64,000 nt of DNA from Perkinsus chesapeaki ATCC PRA-425 (GCA_013115145.1 JAAPAO010000003.1:169153-233152); one strand, 5' to 3'; numbered from the stretch's first letter, positions 35,477-48,928 are shown. Notes: generated by a model not told the origin, from the letters alone. Made by a program: numbers and translations.

Positions 35477-36365
35477 TTACACGACCGCTTCTGGACCCGT
35501 ACTTCCAGCCTGCTCCTTCGACGTCGGGCTGCCTGTACCTAGAACATGCACTTCATTACTGGCAATGGGTTGAAGGTGACTCACAGTCTTCCGGAAATTC
35601 GTTCGTTGAACCCGCCTGCTCATGTGCACCACATGGTGGGAGACAAACCTGAGGGCAACTGGTGCTGAGCCACAGCCTGTAATTCATATAGTAACAGTAT
35701 AATAGTACGAATATATTCGCTATAAGATAGTTTTAATCGAATCTATGAAATATCGGTATAAATTTTTACATATGAGCACAAGACTTTCAGCTATCAGCGA
35801 TCTACAACTGATCACTGCATCCCTTATCCTACTGTACCACCCTATACCTTCTCACCTGGGATGTCCTCAGATTCATGCAGAGTTGTCCGCCTGTCAGCAG
35901 CAGTAGCAAGGCTCCGATGACCAGGAGCGCATCCAACTTTCTCTCTAAAGAGGAGAAGCCAGTGCTGCTATCTCTGGTGCCATGCGGAGCAGTTGCACTG
36001 TGCCGAGTTTCATTGGCGTTCTCGACTCTCGAGGACCTAAACAAGATGGAAAATAGTGGCGATGTGATCTGTTAGCGTGCGCTTGCTACTTACTCTCCTG
36101 GGTTCTCACTGACGGGTGAGGGCCCATCAGTGGGGAACTCGCCAACTTGTAGTCCTGGTGGGTCAATAGTGACCCACCGGAAGAACCCTCCAGAGGGAAG
36201 TTCGGTAGGCTCTTCGCCAAGCGGCTCGAGTGTTACCGAGTCCCAGAAGCCAGGAGTGCTCTCTTCCACGGGTTCCGTAATCGGTGGTTCTACAGTGATG
36301 GAGTCGAACCACATGCCGATCACTTTCGGAACAGAGAGCACCAGGAAGAAGAAGTTGAGCATCAT
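35477..36365 (-). CDS. Small type-I membrane protein with internal repeats, copy B (4 exons)
   Basis: MMLNFFFLVLSVPKVIG signal, repeats WFDSITVEPP/FWDSVTLEPL/FFRWVTIDPP, TM KLDALLVIGALLLLLTGGQL, tail FPED/CTGSPTSKE homologous to copy A (HPED/CTCSPASKE). Confidence 0.65.
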
Positions 36366-37467
36366 TGATGTGAACGAAAATTCCTGCCAGGCCACTGGTG
36401 ATTGCTGACTACTAGTCGGTGACTTCCCAGATGATCACCACGATGGTGACACCACCGATATGATTCGAAAGCAACCTGGTCGCAGGCGTCATCCCTAATG
36501 ATTATCCACACATGCAGGCTGCAGCCTGCAGCGTCCAAACCTCATTCCTGATCTATGGTTTTCAGGTCAGAATGTTAAATTCAATAGACGACCCGACCAT
36601 CGCGGTCGTAATGCGACCATCGCGCGCTCGCATCATTTTTGAGGCGCGCTCTTTTCATGGAGCCAATCTCGCTCGCCCTTGTAGAAGCTCGCGCGGGGGG
36701 CGTTCTACAGTACACCCGGCGTAGCTATTTCCAGCTATTTGTTGGTCTGGAGGAAGCAATGACTCGATGTCATTCTGTAGATGATTCGGTCAGTCTGTTA
36801 ACCTTGCGGTACTTTTGTTGGTCGCGTGGCGTGCTTAAGACGCGGTGCGTGTAAAATGCCGTTCCCACGAATAGGGTGACTGGTGGTTTATTCACTAGGC
36901 TACATCCCACCAAGTTCTACACTGGTACAATCAGGCACGAGCGAAAAATGCGCGGATGGCTTTCATTCTACAAAAGACTAGCTTTTAAGAATGCTAGAGG
37001 GCTGTACTGCAATGACTTGTAATAATTACCGTCACTGGGCTATTGCTGTACAAACCGATCGAAGACCGTCCTCGACGATATGTTAGCTTTTGGCTACTTT
37101 TTAACATTGATTACTCTATAGAAGGCATCTTTCTTTTCTTTAAATTTCCAGCATCCTCTGCGAGCTTCTCTTTTGTTCCTTGTGTGTTTCGTTGAGTTAT
37201 CAGTGCACGAAAATCATCATGATATAATGACTCTCGGCAGTAGTTACTACAGGCTTACAGGTTGCAGGTCATTGTAGTCTCGCTCCAGCGTAGCCAGGGT
37301 CACCTAGTTACCTAGCTGCATGAGTCCAACCCTGTGAACTCGTTAGAGTCATTTTGGTAGTGGTTTCCCACACTAAGTGTAGATGATTCGATCCCATGGG
37401 AATAAACAAGAAATGATGATCACGACTCTGTTCGGAAGCGCATTGTACAGTTTCCTTCACTTATAAC

Positions 37468-38567
37468 ATGGCAAGAGGAGCATTCATAGTTTTGGAGGGG
37501 TTGGATAGATCTGGAAAATCGACGCAGCTCAGGCGCATCAGCGAGGCGCTGAGACGCAGAACAGGAAAAGAGGTACGTGTCTATCTACCTGCTGCCTCGG
37601 CTAATGCCTATGGAAACGCACTGTTTACAAGAATGTACGTGTCGTATCATCTGTCTGCCAGGTTGTGGAGATGGGCTTTCCGCGGCGGAGTAGCGCTATT
37701 GGCAAAATGCTTGATACATATTTGAGGGACTCCTCGTGCAGTATGCGAGACGAAGCAGTACACTTGTTATTCTCCGCTAACAGGTCAGCGTTAGTGCGGC
37801 CTAATTTGCGGACTATTCCGTCTCATCCAGGTGGGAAGCCATGTCAGAGATGCTCGGTCACCTGGCCGCTGGCCGCCATATTGGTATCGCCCACTCGAGT
37901 AGCGGTTTCGGTGCATGCCTCCGTTTCAGTTTGTGACCGATACATATTTTCTGGAGTGGCGTATACAGCTATGAAAGGGACAACAGACTTTGAATGGTGT
38001 AAGAATGTCGATGTAATAATAATGACATTGTAAGTTGCTCTTTGTGATGCTTCAAACATTCATGGCAGACAGGGCTGAGCGCGCTCTCGAAAATTCATAT
38101 TACCAGTATTTGTTATTTACCGTCTAGTTACCAGGATGGCATATTTTAGGTGGGGCTGCCCACGCCAGACATGGTCGTTTTCCTGGACCTGAGTCCGGAG
38201 GCTGCAGCAAAGCGAGGGGCATACGGGGAGGAGCGGTATGAAAAGAAGGATCTTCAAATCAGGGTGGGTCCTGTCCCGAAGGATACAGAACTGTTGTAAC
38301 AGCAGAATTGGATACACTTAGGTGCGCGAGATGTACTCCCGATTTGAAAAGGAGCCGTTCTGGAAGATATTCAACGCTGACAAGTCGGCGGAGGAGGTAC
38401 AGCAAATAGTTGTAGGAACGATCCCATCAATGGCTGCTTCGGTGCTACAGGTTACTGTGGAGGTGACTGATGCTGTTGTTGCCGTCGCTGAGGAATTGGA
38501 GAAAAATGAAGTTACGAGCATCGAGAAAATATGGTGGCCAAGGGAGACTAGCCTCAAGGGTGGGTGA
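37468..38567 (+). CDS. DTYMK: Thymidylate (dTMP) kinase
   Basis: RGAFIVLEGLDRSGKSTQ P-loop, FPRRSSAIG, HLLFSANR/W, CDRYIFSGVAY, GLPTPDMVVFLD, YGEERYE. Confidence 0.93.
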
Positions 38568-38790
38568 CGCTCGTCCCATATATGATTGCACGCTTGTCGT
38601 TTTAGGTGAAGCCGCCAGCTCATCAATTAATGTAGAGGACTTCTTTAGCTCGAGCGCAGTGAGAAGTGGATAGCTTGGCAGTGTCCACGGTGCATTCATA
38701 TGTTGGCGTGGTTTCTCATACGTCGACGCCGCTTTACTGTGTTTGTCAAACACAACTGCCGGAGGGTATTCCAGTTGACTTTGTGTTATT

Positions 38791-39441
38791 ATGAATGAGT
38801 TTTACGACTTTGATGAGGACTGTGATGAGGACATCAATACAATTGACTTCGCCCTTACCACTGTTATTTTCGATAAGCCTTTTCGATTAACTCGAGCTGC
38901 CAGAAGCCGAGGGGAGGCGCCGTCGGTGGAGCCTGCCAGGAAGCGGAGAGCTGAGCTGATGAGCTCTCTGGCGAAGCGACGAAAAGTTGATACTCCAAGT
39001 GCAAGGAGGTCGCCAGCGAGTTGCCGGCAGTCTAGCATAGTGGGAAGCATCAAGCAGCAACTTGCGATAATAGAAATGTAAGCACCCGGTTACAATGTCG
39101 CAATATACGATGTCCGTCATTTCGGAAAATTTCGGGAAGATCTGGGGGGATTCCGGAATTCCTGCATCATTTTCGAAACACAGTTCTGAGCAGCGTATTT
39201 GCTGAAGAAACTGTTACGCTTGAGAGATATATGCGACCAATCTCCAATTGCCTTGAGTAAAATATGTATCGACCAACCTACCTTTTCGGCCCTCTGTAGG
39301 AACCTAGACAAAAACAACGAGTTACTAGAGCTTCACGATCAGCGAGTTGATCGATATCTAAAGGAGGCCCTGCGTTTGGAGCAGCAACTGCGCGCTGTGG
39401 AACGAGACGTAAGTGGTATGAAGTCGTGTGCTCAGAAGTGA
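38791..39441 (+). CDS. Hypothetical protein with basic NLS-like stretches and a coiled coil; 3' end unresolved
   Basis: Consecutive + strand open frames separated by GT-AG segments; RKRR and KRRK clusters. Confidence 0.35.
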
Positions 39442-40084
39442 TGCTGGCAGATAGAAGACTTGCTCGAGAAGAGGAGGGTGGGTGGTGAGATTAAAGATTA
39501 TCAAATCGACTTTGCACGGTAACGGGCTCTTCGTTGGAGCGGATGTGATGTGGTGGTCAGGTTTGTGTACATGGGTAATCACAACAGTTATGCTGCTGAC
39601 CTGAGAAGGGATGGTGTTATCGTCAACAATAAGGAAGATACTTCAGGCAGTTCTCAGAGGAGAGGAGGCTAGCCCAGAGGAAGTGAGCTCCAAATGGAGA
39701 GGGATGTTCGCACGACACAAAAACTGTCCCCATCGCTGGCTGATCTATCACCAGAGCCCTGGTTGTGTCAGGATCGATCATGCCGGTTCGGGCACGGCCT
39801 GACAGTTAGCGTGTTCCTTCATGACTACGTGCTTTCTACAGAACAGAAGAGGTTGTGTTAAGTCCTTACCACAAATGCAACCTCAAACGAAGCTCTCAAA
39901 AGCATGTTTGTGACGCCCTTACAAATGTCACACACCGCACTAGCCTGATGTCGCTAGAAGTATCTCTAGCTTGTTCACCGCGTAACTTTGAGCGCCTTTA
40001 AAAGGGTCGGCAAAACGATAGGTGTCCAAGTCTAGAAGGTTCCACTATCGAGTCTGTCAATTAACGTAGTTATTGTTTTTTATA

Positions 40085-40765
40085 ATGTCTTCTGTTATTG
40101 AGTCTCGCATTGCCTCTTTGGGCCTCACTCTCCCTTCCGGTGCAACGCCTTTGGCAAACTACATGCCCTACAGCAAGACCGGCAATCTAGTGTAAGCGCA
40201 TGACGCCTTGCTTCCTCGTTATTCCGGTTTTTCAGGTTCGTTAGCGGCCAGTTGCCCAAGGAGGTGAAGACAGACGGCACAGCTTTCTTCCACCAGGGCA
40301 AGCTCGGAGAGAACTGCACCGTGGAGCAGGGCCAGGCTGCGGCCAAGGCTTGCGGGCTGAACATGATTGCGCAGGTTAGCTGCCTTGGTGGTTTGCGGTT
40401 ATCCATTGAGTTTGGTGTAGGTTAAGGAGGCCTGTGGTGGAGATCTGTCGAAGGTTAAGTCCGTTGTCAAGGTTGAAGGCTTCGTTAACTCCACACCTGA
40501 GTTCACCGACCAGCCCAAGGTACGCCTTAGTGTCCCGTGAGGTGCGTCTTACATCTCCTTCCAGGTTATCAACGGATGCAGCGATCTCCTTGTTGACGTC
40601 TTCGGTGAAGAGGTCGGTCGTCACAGGTAAACCTATCGAGTCATCTTAGATGACTCATCTATCCCATTTCCGACGGTTCCCTTTCAGTCGTTTCGCTATC
40701 GGTTGCGCGTCTCTTCCCCTCGGCGTTGCTGTGGAGATCGGCGGTGTTTCGAGATCGCCGAGTAA
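40085..40765 (+). CDS. Rid (YjgF/YER057c/UK114) family protein, copy 1; apparent 1-nt deletion in the last exon
   Basis: IESRIASLGLTLP..PLANY, FVSGQLP, GKLG, VEGFVNSTPEFTDQPKVINGCSDLL..VFG..GRHSRFAIGCASLPLGVAVEI. Confidence 0.85.
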
Positions 40766-41224
40766 GTCTTCCTGCATCGTGGCTGAAGCTGTTTAATTAT
40801 AATCTGTTGTAAAGAAGACTTCAGCTACTTTCGAAGCACTATGTTTATTAACGACCTCTGTGTTTTCTATTGTCTTGCTTGAGTTATCAATTTAGTGGGG
40901 GCACCTTTCCCTCCCCTCCCCTTTGGTGTTAGTGCCGTAGGCGAGTAGTTGGGTGCAGGCAGTTGTAGGGTGGCCAAACCGCGCAACCGTCTTGCAGTCC
41001 AGCCTGTTTCACTTGAGTAGTTGGCGTCCCCGAAAGCGTCCTACGTCGGCAGATGTACTGTCTGAAGTGCTAGCACTAGCTCTTTTTAAATCCCGCGTAT
41101 CTTGTCCGGTACACGCCGCTACCTTTGCCTCTATGAACCTGTAGCGTGCTCCGTCGTGCTTATCATCTGCTCGTCGTTCAAGATCCCTGTTATCTTCAAA
41201 TAAACAGCTTCTCGATCTTCACAA

Positions 41225-41877
41225 ATGTCTGTTGAAGCTCGCATCGCTGCTCTTGGGCTTAAGCTTCCGTCGACCACAGCACCTCTGGCGAACTACGTTC
41301 CCTTCAGAAAGGCCGGCAACCTCCTGTGAGATAACACAAGGGCGGCGCGACACCCATTGGAGGTGATCAGGTTTCTCAGCGGCCAGATCCCCAAGGGGGC
41401 AGCGGAAGACGGCTCCCCTGTCCTGCTGACCGGCAAGCTCGGTCAGGACTTCACCATTGAACAGGGTCAAGCTGCTGCAAAGCTCTGTGCTATTAACATG
41501 ATCGCTCAAGTGGCTTCCTTCATCGGTTCCCACGTATTATTTCCACTGTGTAGGTCAAGGAGGCCTGTGGGGGAGATCTGTCGAAGGTTAAGGCCGTTGT
41601 TAAGGTCGAGGCCTTCGTTAACTCCGCTCCCGATTTCACCGATCACCCTAAGGTATTGCTTTCGCTATTGCAGTGATTACCCCCTCATCAGGTAATCAAT
41701 GGATGCAGCGACCTGCTTGTAAGCGTTTTTGGAGGAGATGTCGGACGTCACAGGTAGGCATCGGTGATACTTAGTCGCCAGCACCTGTTCACTTTCAGCC
41801 GCTTCGCCGTGGGCTGCTCCTCGTTGCCTATGGGTGTTGCTGTCGAGATCGGCGCCATTTTCGAGCTTACTGATTAG
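41225..41877 (+). CDS. Rid (YjgF/YER057c/UK114) family protein, copy 2
   Basis: VEARIAALGLKLP..PLANY, FLSGQIP, VINGCSDLL, GRHSRFAVGCSSLPMGVAVEIGAIFELTD*. Same intron positions as copy 1. Confidence 0.9.
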
Positions 41878-42067
41878 GTCGAGGGCCTCGAGGTGTTACC
41901 TTTTTTCTACAGCAAGTTTTCTACTTGCACAAGTTTTCCACCGTTCTAGCGGTTGATTTCTTTCCGCGCGGTGGCGTCGAGTTGCCAGTTGGCTTCTTCA
42001 AGAAATCTTTACAGTTGGAGCTCGCTCCTTAAAACCTTCTCGACCCCAGTTGCCGCTGCTCTCCAGT

Positions 42068-44150
42068 ATGCAATCGACGGCAGAGCTCTCTCCCCCATCC
42101 GAGAGCTTCTGGCTTGGCCTCGAGGACCGCACGGTGTTTTCTGCACAGGCAGCCGCCGCCCGACTGTGGCACGTTGCCGAGGGTATCGACAAGTCAGGGG
42201 CGGGCAGGGTAACTGATACTGTGAAAGCAAGAGCATACAAGTAGGACCCTTCTCTTAGCAACGCAGAGCTTCACACTATGACGACTCAGGTGTCTGATTG
42301 GCCTTCTTCGTGAACACTCTCGAGATGGTCACGGCTATCTGAGGGCGGTGAGACATTTTAACACGCTGGCACCGTTGGTAGGGGAGACGTGCGTCGAAGC
42401 GGACGATGCCTGGGCGCAGCAGGTTATCAACTCTAACAACCAACGCATGGTAAAACTTTGTGTAGATGAGAAGTACTACTGCTGCTGCTGCTGCGATCAG
42501 GTTCAACTGGAGCAAGATCTCCGGCACGGCACTGTATCCCAAATCAAAGAAAGCTGTCGGATGGCGATTGATGGAATAGTCCGACACGCCACACAGACCC
42601 ACGACTTTGCTTCTGCGTTGCAGTGGTGAGCCAGGCTACTATTACACGTGAGATATATTTCTCGTAGGTATACTTCTTCGCATGGTGCTGGAGGACACGG
42701 TCTGACATACAGAGACAGGTGAGCTAGTCGGTGAGGTTGAGCTGGTTGATGGAGAAGGCGGCGCTGCATCATCAGGTGCTCTACGCCGATGCAGTACGCA
42801 GAGATGTACGTCAATATGTGTGAACTTGCTGTCCTTATCGGAAAGGCTAGTGACGTTCATCTGTTCGCGGCGAAGGTGTCTCAGATCTTGCTCGGTAAGC
42901 CCGAAAAGTTTTCCCTTAGTATAACTAGTGACCTGCCAACAGTGTATTTTTCACTATTACCTATAACACCGTGGTAGGTAACAGTGCCACTTAAAACAGC
43001 CCAATGAATGCTACCACTGATAGCATACAGTGCCACTTAAAACAGCCCAATGAATGCTACCACTGATAGCATACAGTGCCATCTTTGCCTCTTCATCACT
43101 ACCTTGCTTAGTAGTCCACATGAACAGGCTCGCCTGTGTCAGACACAACAACGGTTCCTAACGCGGCCTCCATCAAAGCTGCTATTAGTTGCCTACAAGG
43201 CCTCTGCAGTGCCTCCAACGGTGCATACTCGGCAGCGGCCTCTACACTTACCAAAGTGAACATGCAGGTTGGATACCACATAACGCGTTGACTCTAGAGC
43301 CGGTTTCTCTGTTAAGGACGTCCCTCCAGCTCCATCCACGGACACTGTATTGAACGGCACTCTCGGTGGCCTCTTCAGCGTGGGTAGGCTATCGGAATGC
43401 GCTTTCTTCACTATATCTTGTCTCCTCAGCCACTGCCTGCACGACCGCCGTACTGTGCAGGATCGCCAGCGCCAACTCACGAGTGCAGCTCAAGGAGGGT
43501 ATCGCCTGTGATGCGGATGCTGCCGTTCAAGCTTCGAACGCTTCTTTTGGCCTCCTTCGAAGTACCAAACATCACCCCCCCCATGGCATCATAGCCCCTC
43601 AGTTCTTTGCGAGTACCCTCGACTGCAGTCTCTGGTGGACAGTGCGGTCGAGTGTCGGTACGGCGATTGCTTGGCTCTGGTTGATGAGTTCGTCAAGGAT
43701 CTGGTTTACGATCCCCTAGTGGGCCCTCGAGCATGCGTAAATGTCACCCTTCCTTCCTCTTCGGCCAGGACTTCTATAGGCCCTTGGCAAATGCGCTCGG
43801 ATGAAGTGCCTTATCGACTACTGCAGCGCCTTCCGTGTGGTCCCTCTAAATCGCGTGGCCGCCGATCTGGGGTATCCCGAAGTCGAAGTAAGGCCACATC
43901 CGTGCATGGTTATGTAGCAAGCATCGCTGTGTTCTAGGCGTTAGAACCAGACCTGGAGGCAGCCATCCAAGGCAAAGTCACCCTCCCAGGCGGAATGGAG
44001 GAGAAGCTCTTCAGTTCGATACATGGTCGTATAGACCTCCAAGCTGGCGTACCCGCATACTGCACTCGTCCTTGCGTGAGAGCTCTCCGCTTCAGGTGCT
44101 GCAGGCAGTAGAACAGAACTCCCTGGAGAAGCTCCAAGAGACGCTAGCGG
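42068..44150 (+). CDS. Hypothetical multi-exon helical protein; boundaries uncertain
   Basis: Regular ~50-nt GT-AG introns on the + strand link open segments (e.g. 42348-42629, 42789-42891). No motif recognised. Confidence 0.35.
42981..43081. repeat. 46-bp tandem duplication (2.2 copies) inside a putative intron
   Basis: ACAGTGCCACTTAAAACAGCCCAATGAATGCTACCACTGATAGCAT at 42981 and 43027, then ACAGTGCCA at 43073. Confidence 0.9.
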
Positions 44151-44570
44151 CAAGCTGTGGCCCATCCGGCATGGCAGCCAACCTTGAGAAAGCCGCAATG
44201 GAGTAGAGCAAGCAATAGCCTTAGCAACAGCGTGGCTCCATTTCAGGCTGAAATTCCGCCTTGCTGCGCTTGAAGGTGCCGGATGTCGTAAGTCGCAGCG
44301 GACGAAGACGAGGAGTACAAGCCCATCCGTGGAGGGTAGAGCTGAAGAGGTGCACACCGAGCAAGTTGATGTGTCTATGGATGATGATAACTCCCCCATT
44401 CCCACCCCTTGAGTGACATTTTTCAACTGCTAAAGGTGTTTCATTTTCCGTGTCTCAATCACCCTTCTCCGCGATTTCCGACCTTCACCCAGGAAACGCA
44501 CTCCTACCCATATCTCGTCGAAGCTACTGTGCAGTTTTTACCCTGCCAAGGCGCATGGCCGAATAGTCCG

Positions 44571-47500
44571 ATGCCTCGACGGAAAGCCATCCCTAAGCGT
44601 ACCATCTTTGCCGCAGTAGAGGCCGTGAAGCCGTCTCTGGAGATCCTGCAGTCACCCGACTTCTTCGACGACCCCTGGGATTCGAATTACTCCGACAATT
44701 CGCCCGCATCTGGCGGGGGACCCTCGGCAAGGCGCCAAAATAAAAAACGAAAGTCGGCCACGTCCAGTAAGGAGCCCAACTGTTCAAGTCCTGCGCAGAA
44801 GGTATTCAACTACTGCAGTGATGTGGCATTCACGCTTGCCTCTTGGACGGGCGACGGGAGCTGGTCGGAGTCTGCCCAATGCATCATAACAGCTCTTTAT
44901 GAAGGCGACAGAGTTCTGGTGACCTCGGCTGCGGTGGACCCCGTCGCCTGTGCCGCTGTTGTTAAGGGCGGTAAAGGCCTAACTGAGAAGGTTTTCAATG
45001 CCTTGCGTGCGCTGCAACAGAAAGGAATCCTTGCTGTGAGGACCGAGCCGTCGCAATCTGGTCGGGTGCAGTTTCAGCTCGGTTTGCCGCCAGCTTACGT
45101 AGCCGAGAATAGTGTGGAAGCCGAAAAGGTTGCAATGGCTCTTCCCGCTACTTTGCGGAGCCAGCTCAAATGTGTCCTTGTGTGGGCGACGGCCTCCGTG
45201 CCGAATCCAGCCGATGAGGATCTTGACTTCGGCACAGAGGAATTTCTGGCCGCAGTGAAGCCGCCCGGGCAACAACTAGGCGAAACGGCGGCTCTAGTTG
45301 GTGAGGACAAGCTGGCCTGCACACTGCTTGGCTTTCAGCGTCACACCGTCAGTTGGATGCATCGAGTCGAGGCCCGCCTGTCCAGTGATGCTGTGCCGCA
45401 CCCCTCATGGCAGCTCCTGGATGGAGTCTACGTCAATCCACAAGTGCCTGGCGTCAGTCGGTCAGCAGCCTCGCTAGTGCTGTCGTCGGTTCGAGGTGGT
45501 ATGCTCTGCGATGAGATGGGACTTGGCAAAACAGTAGAGGTTCTGGCAACTGTTGCCACTCGTCCGTCGCCTCTTCCCAGTTTGTCCGTGGAGGACGTTC
45601 TCAGCCACTTCTACGAATCTTGTAAAGGTGCTCTCCTACGACTGAATGGAAAGGAAGATTCCCCCGGTGGGAACGGCTCCACGTCGCGAGCTCTGAGGCG
45701 TGAGGTCTCTGACCTCCACGCTACGTATCTCCTCCGTGATGGTTATGCAGCATCAGCTACGACTTCGCCGTCCAAGCAAGGGCATTTGTCGTCCTGGTTG
45801 GAAGAGTTCCATCCCGACAAGGCTGAAGCAGTGAAAGAGGTCTTCGGATGCCCGGAAAGCCCGTCAGTCCCGGAGGAGCCGACCGAGTCGTGCTGTCTGA
45901 CCTGCGGAAAGCCCGGGGATACCGAAACCCCCTGGGTGGCCTGTGACGTCTGTGAAGGCTGGCACCATCTGCCATGTGTCGGCTACACTGGCTCTGGAGA
46001 TTTCATCTGCCTCACCTGCCTCCATACCGGTCACGTAGATTGCCTCGAGCTCCGTGCCACTCTAATAGTCGTACCGGCCAGTCTGCTGCAGCAGTGGCAG
46101 CGCGAGATTGCTCACCACGCTCCGAGCCTACGCGTTCTTATTTTCGAGGAAAACGCCGACGAGGTGTATCCAACCATAGCCGATCTTGCCGGTTCAGACG
46201 TGGTCCTTGTGTCCTACCCAGTGCTTGGTAACTGTTTGGCTAGAACAGAGTCAGCCGAGTGGGACAAGAACCATGCTCTGAGATACCGCCGGCAATCGAG
46301 CGCCTCAAGCCGGACGCCATCGCCACTGCTCAGAGTGAGGTGGTGGAGGCTTGTCATGGACGAAGCGCAGATGACTGAAGGCGGTCACAGCGCTGCATGC
46401 AGGATGCTTCAACGCTTGGTAGCTGTCAACCGGTGGGCCGTTTCCGGAACCCCTATCACGCGCGGCGACCTAAGATCGGTGCTAGACTTCTTGGGAGTCC
46501 CCCTCGAGGCTGCGGAGATTAAGGCGATCCAGGACTCCCACGGAGGAGCGCGGAGACTTCTACCGCTCATGAGGGAGCTGCTGTGGCGAGTGTGGAAGGT
46601 GGACGTCCTGGACCAGCTGAAGATGCGGGGACTAGTTCAGCACGTGGTTTGGCAAGAACTTTCTGCCGTGGAGATGTTTGGCTACAGAAGGCTCGAGGAA
46701 AGCATACGGCAGGAGGCTCAGGCGTCTATCAGCAAACGCCGCTCTTCCAAGAAGGCCACGAGCTACCTATGGGACCTGACTAGGCTACTGCAGCTGCAAT
46801 GTGTACACCAGGACTTGCGGATGAAGCAGAAATCCCACTACACCGGCAGGAATGGCTCCAAGGCTGCTCTCACTGATGTCAAGTACAGCACTTTCGAAGC
46901 CAATGTGAAGTCTCTGATCTCGGGGGCTGTCCAGAGAGCAGAGGAGGCCTTGAGGAATCTCGTGGCCTCTTGGAACGGTCAGGCGGGTCTTCTGAAGCTG
47001 AAAGGGGACGAACAGGGAGCGGTGCAGCTGTATCAGAAGTCTCTAGAGGCCGAGGAGAAGTTTGGCACTCGAGTCGATAAAGTCCAGAAGATCCATGCAT
47101 TGGTACACTCGGGAGCGGACGACGTTAAAGTGCAGGAGGAGACCGACAGGTGAGAGCGTCGCCGAGTTGAAACGGACTGTTGTTGCTCAGTTTCTTGTCT
47201 GATAGCTTAGCACCGCTGACAACATACGCTGCTCAGTATCGTAGGCTGCGTGAGCAACTACCGCACGAATCCAGCGAATGGTGGCTGGTGGCCGGCCCGA
47301 CCCTCGGAGGTCCCATGGAGGCAGCTTATTTTCAACAAGATCTCAGGGTAGGGAGATCGACTTGATCAGTTTCTGTGACAGAAATTCTGTCATCGTTGGT
47401 ATCAGGAAGTTGACGAGTGCATATCTCATATTGTGGAAGGCCTGGAAAAGATACCCGTATTGTCGTTGGCAGAGCACGTCGTAACCGAGCACATCATCTG

Positions 47501-48928
47501 CGCGAAGTGCAATGGTAAAGGCCGGCCTGGAAAATCATGCATGCTATGCCGCACTCTGCCTTACTTTGAGGGTTATGAAAGAGTTGCTCACCTCCCCCGG
47601 TTCGTCAAGATTACTCATTCTGCCCCCAGCGGGAGCGAGCTGATCAAGTGGGAAACCGGTGTGGAGCGCGGCTTCGGATCCGTTCGAGCTCAGGTACTTC
47701 AGAGTCATCCAAAATATCATGGCAACCCTGAAACGCTGGAGAGACTTCGTTGGGCATCGGCTCGGCGCCTTCAACGAGCTCAGACAGCATCGGCTAGCCT
47801 ACCGTTGGGCGTTGGAAGGCGAGGTGGCACAGCCGAAGGAGGAGATCGGCTCATGGGACAACGGGGGAAATCTGGTCATTTGGAGCCAAGAGGAGCTCGA
47901 GTTAAAGATGGTGGAACTCCAGGCTGAAGAGAATGACGCTGAGGTGAAGCTAAGGCGGAACCTTGGACATCTGAGGTGAGTGTTCAATTTTGGAGCAACT
48001 CAGTTGTTAACAAGTTGAACTTGGTTCGCCCATAAATTCCGTAAATGTGAGGGTGCGTTTCTCTCTGTTATGTAGGTTCCTTAAAACGCAGCTTCCAGAT
48101 AATTCGGACGATCGTCCTGGTCTCGAGATATGCCCAGTCTGTGCCACAGACAGACCAACCACGGTGTGCATGCTCCCCTGCGGCCACAGCTACTGTCAGC
48201 AGTGCATAGTCACTCTGCTTCAACGAGGAAGAGGAAGCTTCAGATGTCCGGAGTGCAGAGTTTTCACTCGCCATAATGAGATAGGACACATTGGTGCCGA
48301 GTCTCCGGATACCGAAGCCCCAGCGAGCTCGCCCGATGCCAGCGATTCTGACCACGCTCAGTCGGCGATGCGACGTGAGGAGTTCGCTCCGCTCCCTGTG
48401 CAGGCCCTGAAGGCCATGAGTGAGACGCAAAAGCTGATCGGGGAGTGGGGCACGCGAATGTCGAGTGTGACTTTACTAGTGAAACACATTACAGAGGACC
48501 TTGGTGAATCGGTCTGCGTGTTCTCGAAGTGGATGCCCGTTCTTCACCTTCTGGGGTCCGCGCTCAACAAGAACAGGGTCCCTTTCGTGCTTTGGTCGAT
48601 GAGCAAGATGCAAACAGTAGAAAGATTCTTCGATGGTCGAGTTCGCGTCCTCCTTTGCCCACTCGCCTCGGCCGGCCAGGGCCTGAACCTCACCGTGGCG
48701 TCCCACGCGATCCTCATTGAACCGCCGCCAAAGTACTCCCAAACAACACAAGCTGCGGCAAGGATATGGCGTCTCGGCCAGGAAAAGGAGGCCACAGTTT
48801 GGCACTTTGTTTCCTGTCGAACGGTGGAGGAAGCCATGTGGACGTTAAGCCGAAGGTCTGATGAGGAAGAAGACGCTCAGCTACTCCGAGATATCTTCTC
48901 CGGCCTCACCGGCGATAAAACCGTCTAG
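44571..48928 (+). CDS. SHPRH: SHPRH-like SNF2 helicase / PHD / RING E3 ligase
   Basis: GGMLCDEMGLGKT, PHD (CLTC...CDVCEGWHHLPC...CLTC), ATLIVVPASLLQQW, WWRLVMDEAQ, RWAVSGTP, RING (CPVC...LPCGHSYC..C...CPECR), GQGLNL...QAAARIWRLGQ. Confidence 0.88.

Larger units (their letters stand above)
29614..36530. repeat. Dense field of short perfect inverted repeats, mostly with a single central base
   Basis: 16 hand-verified palindromes with arms >=7 bp and a 1-nt centre (29614-35018), plus an 18-bp even palindrome at 36513-36530. Full list in findings. Confidence 0.85.
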
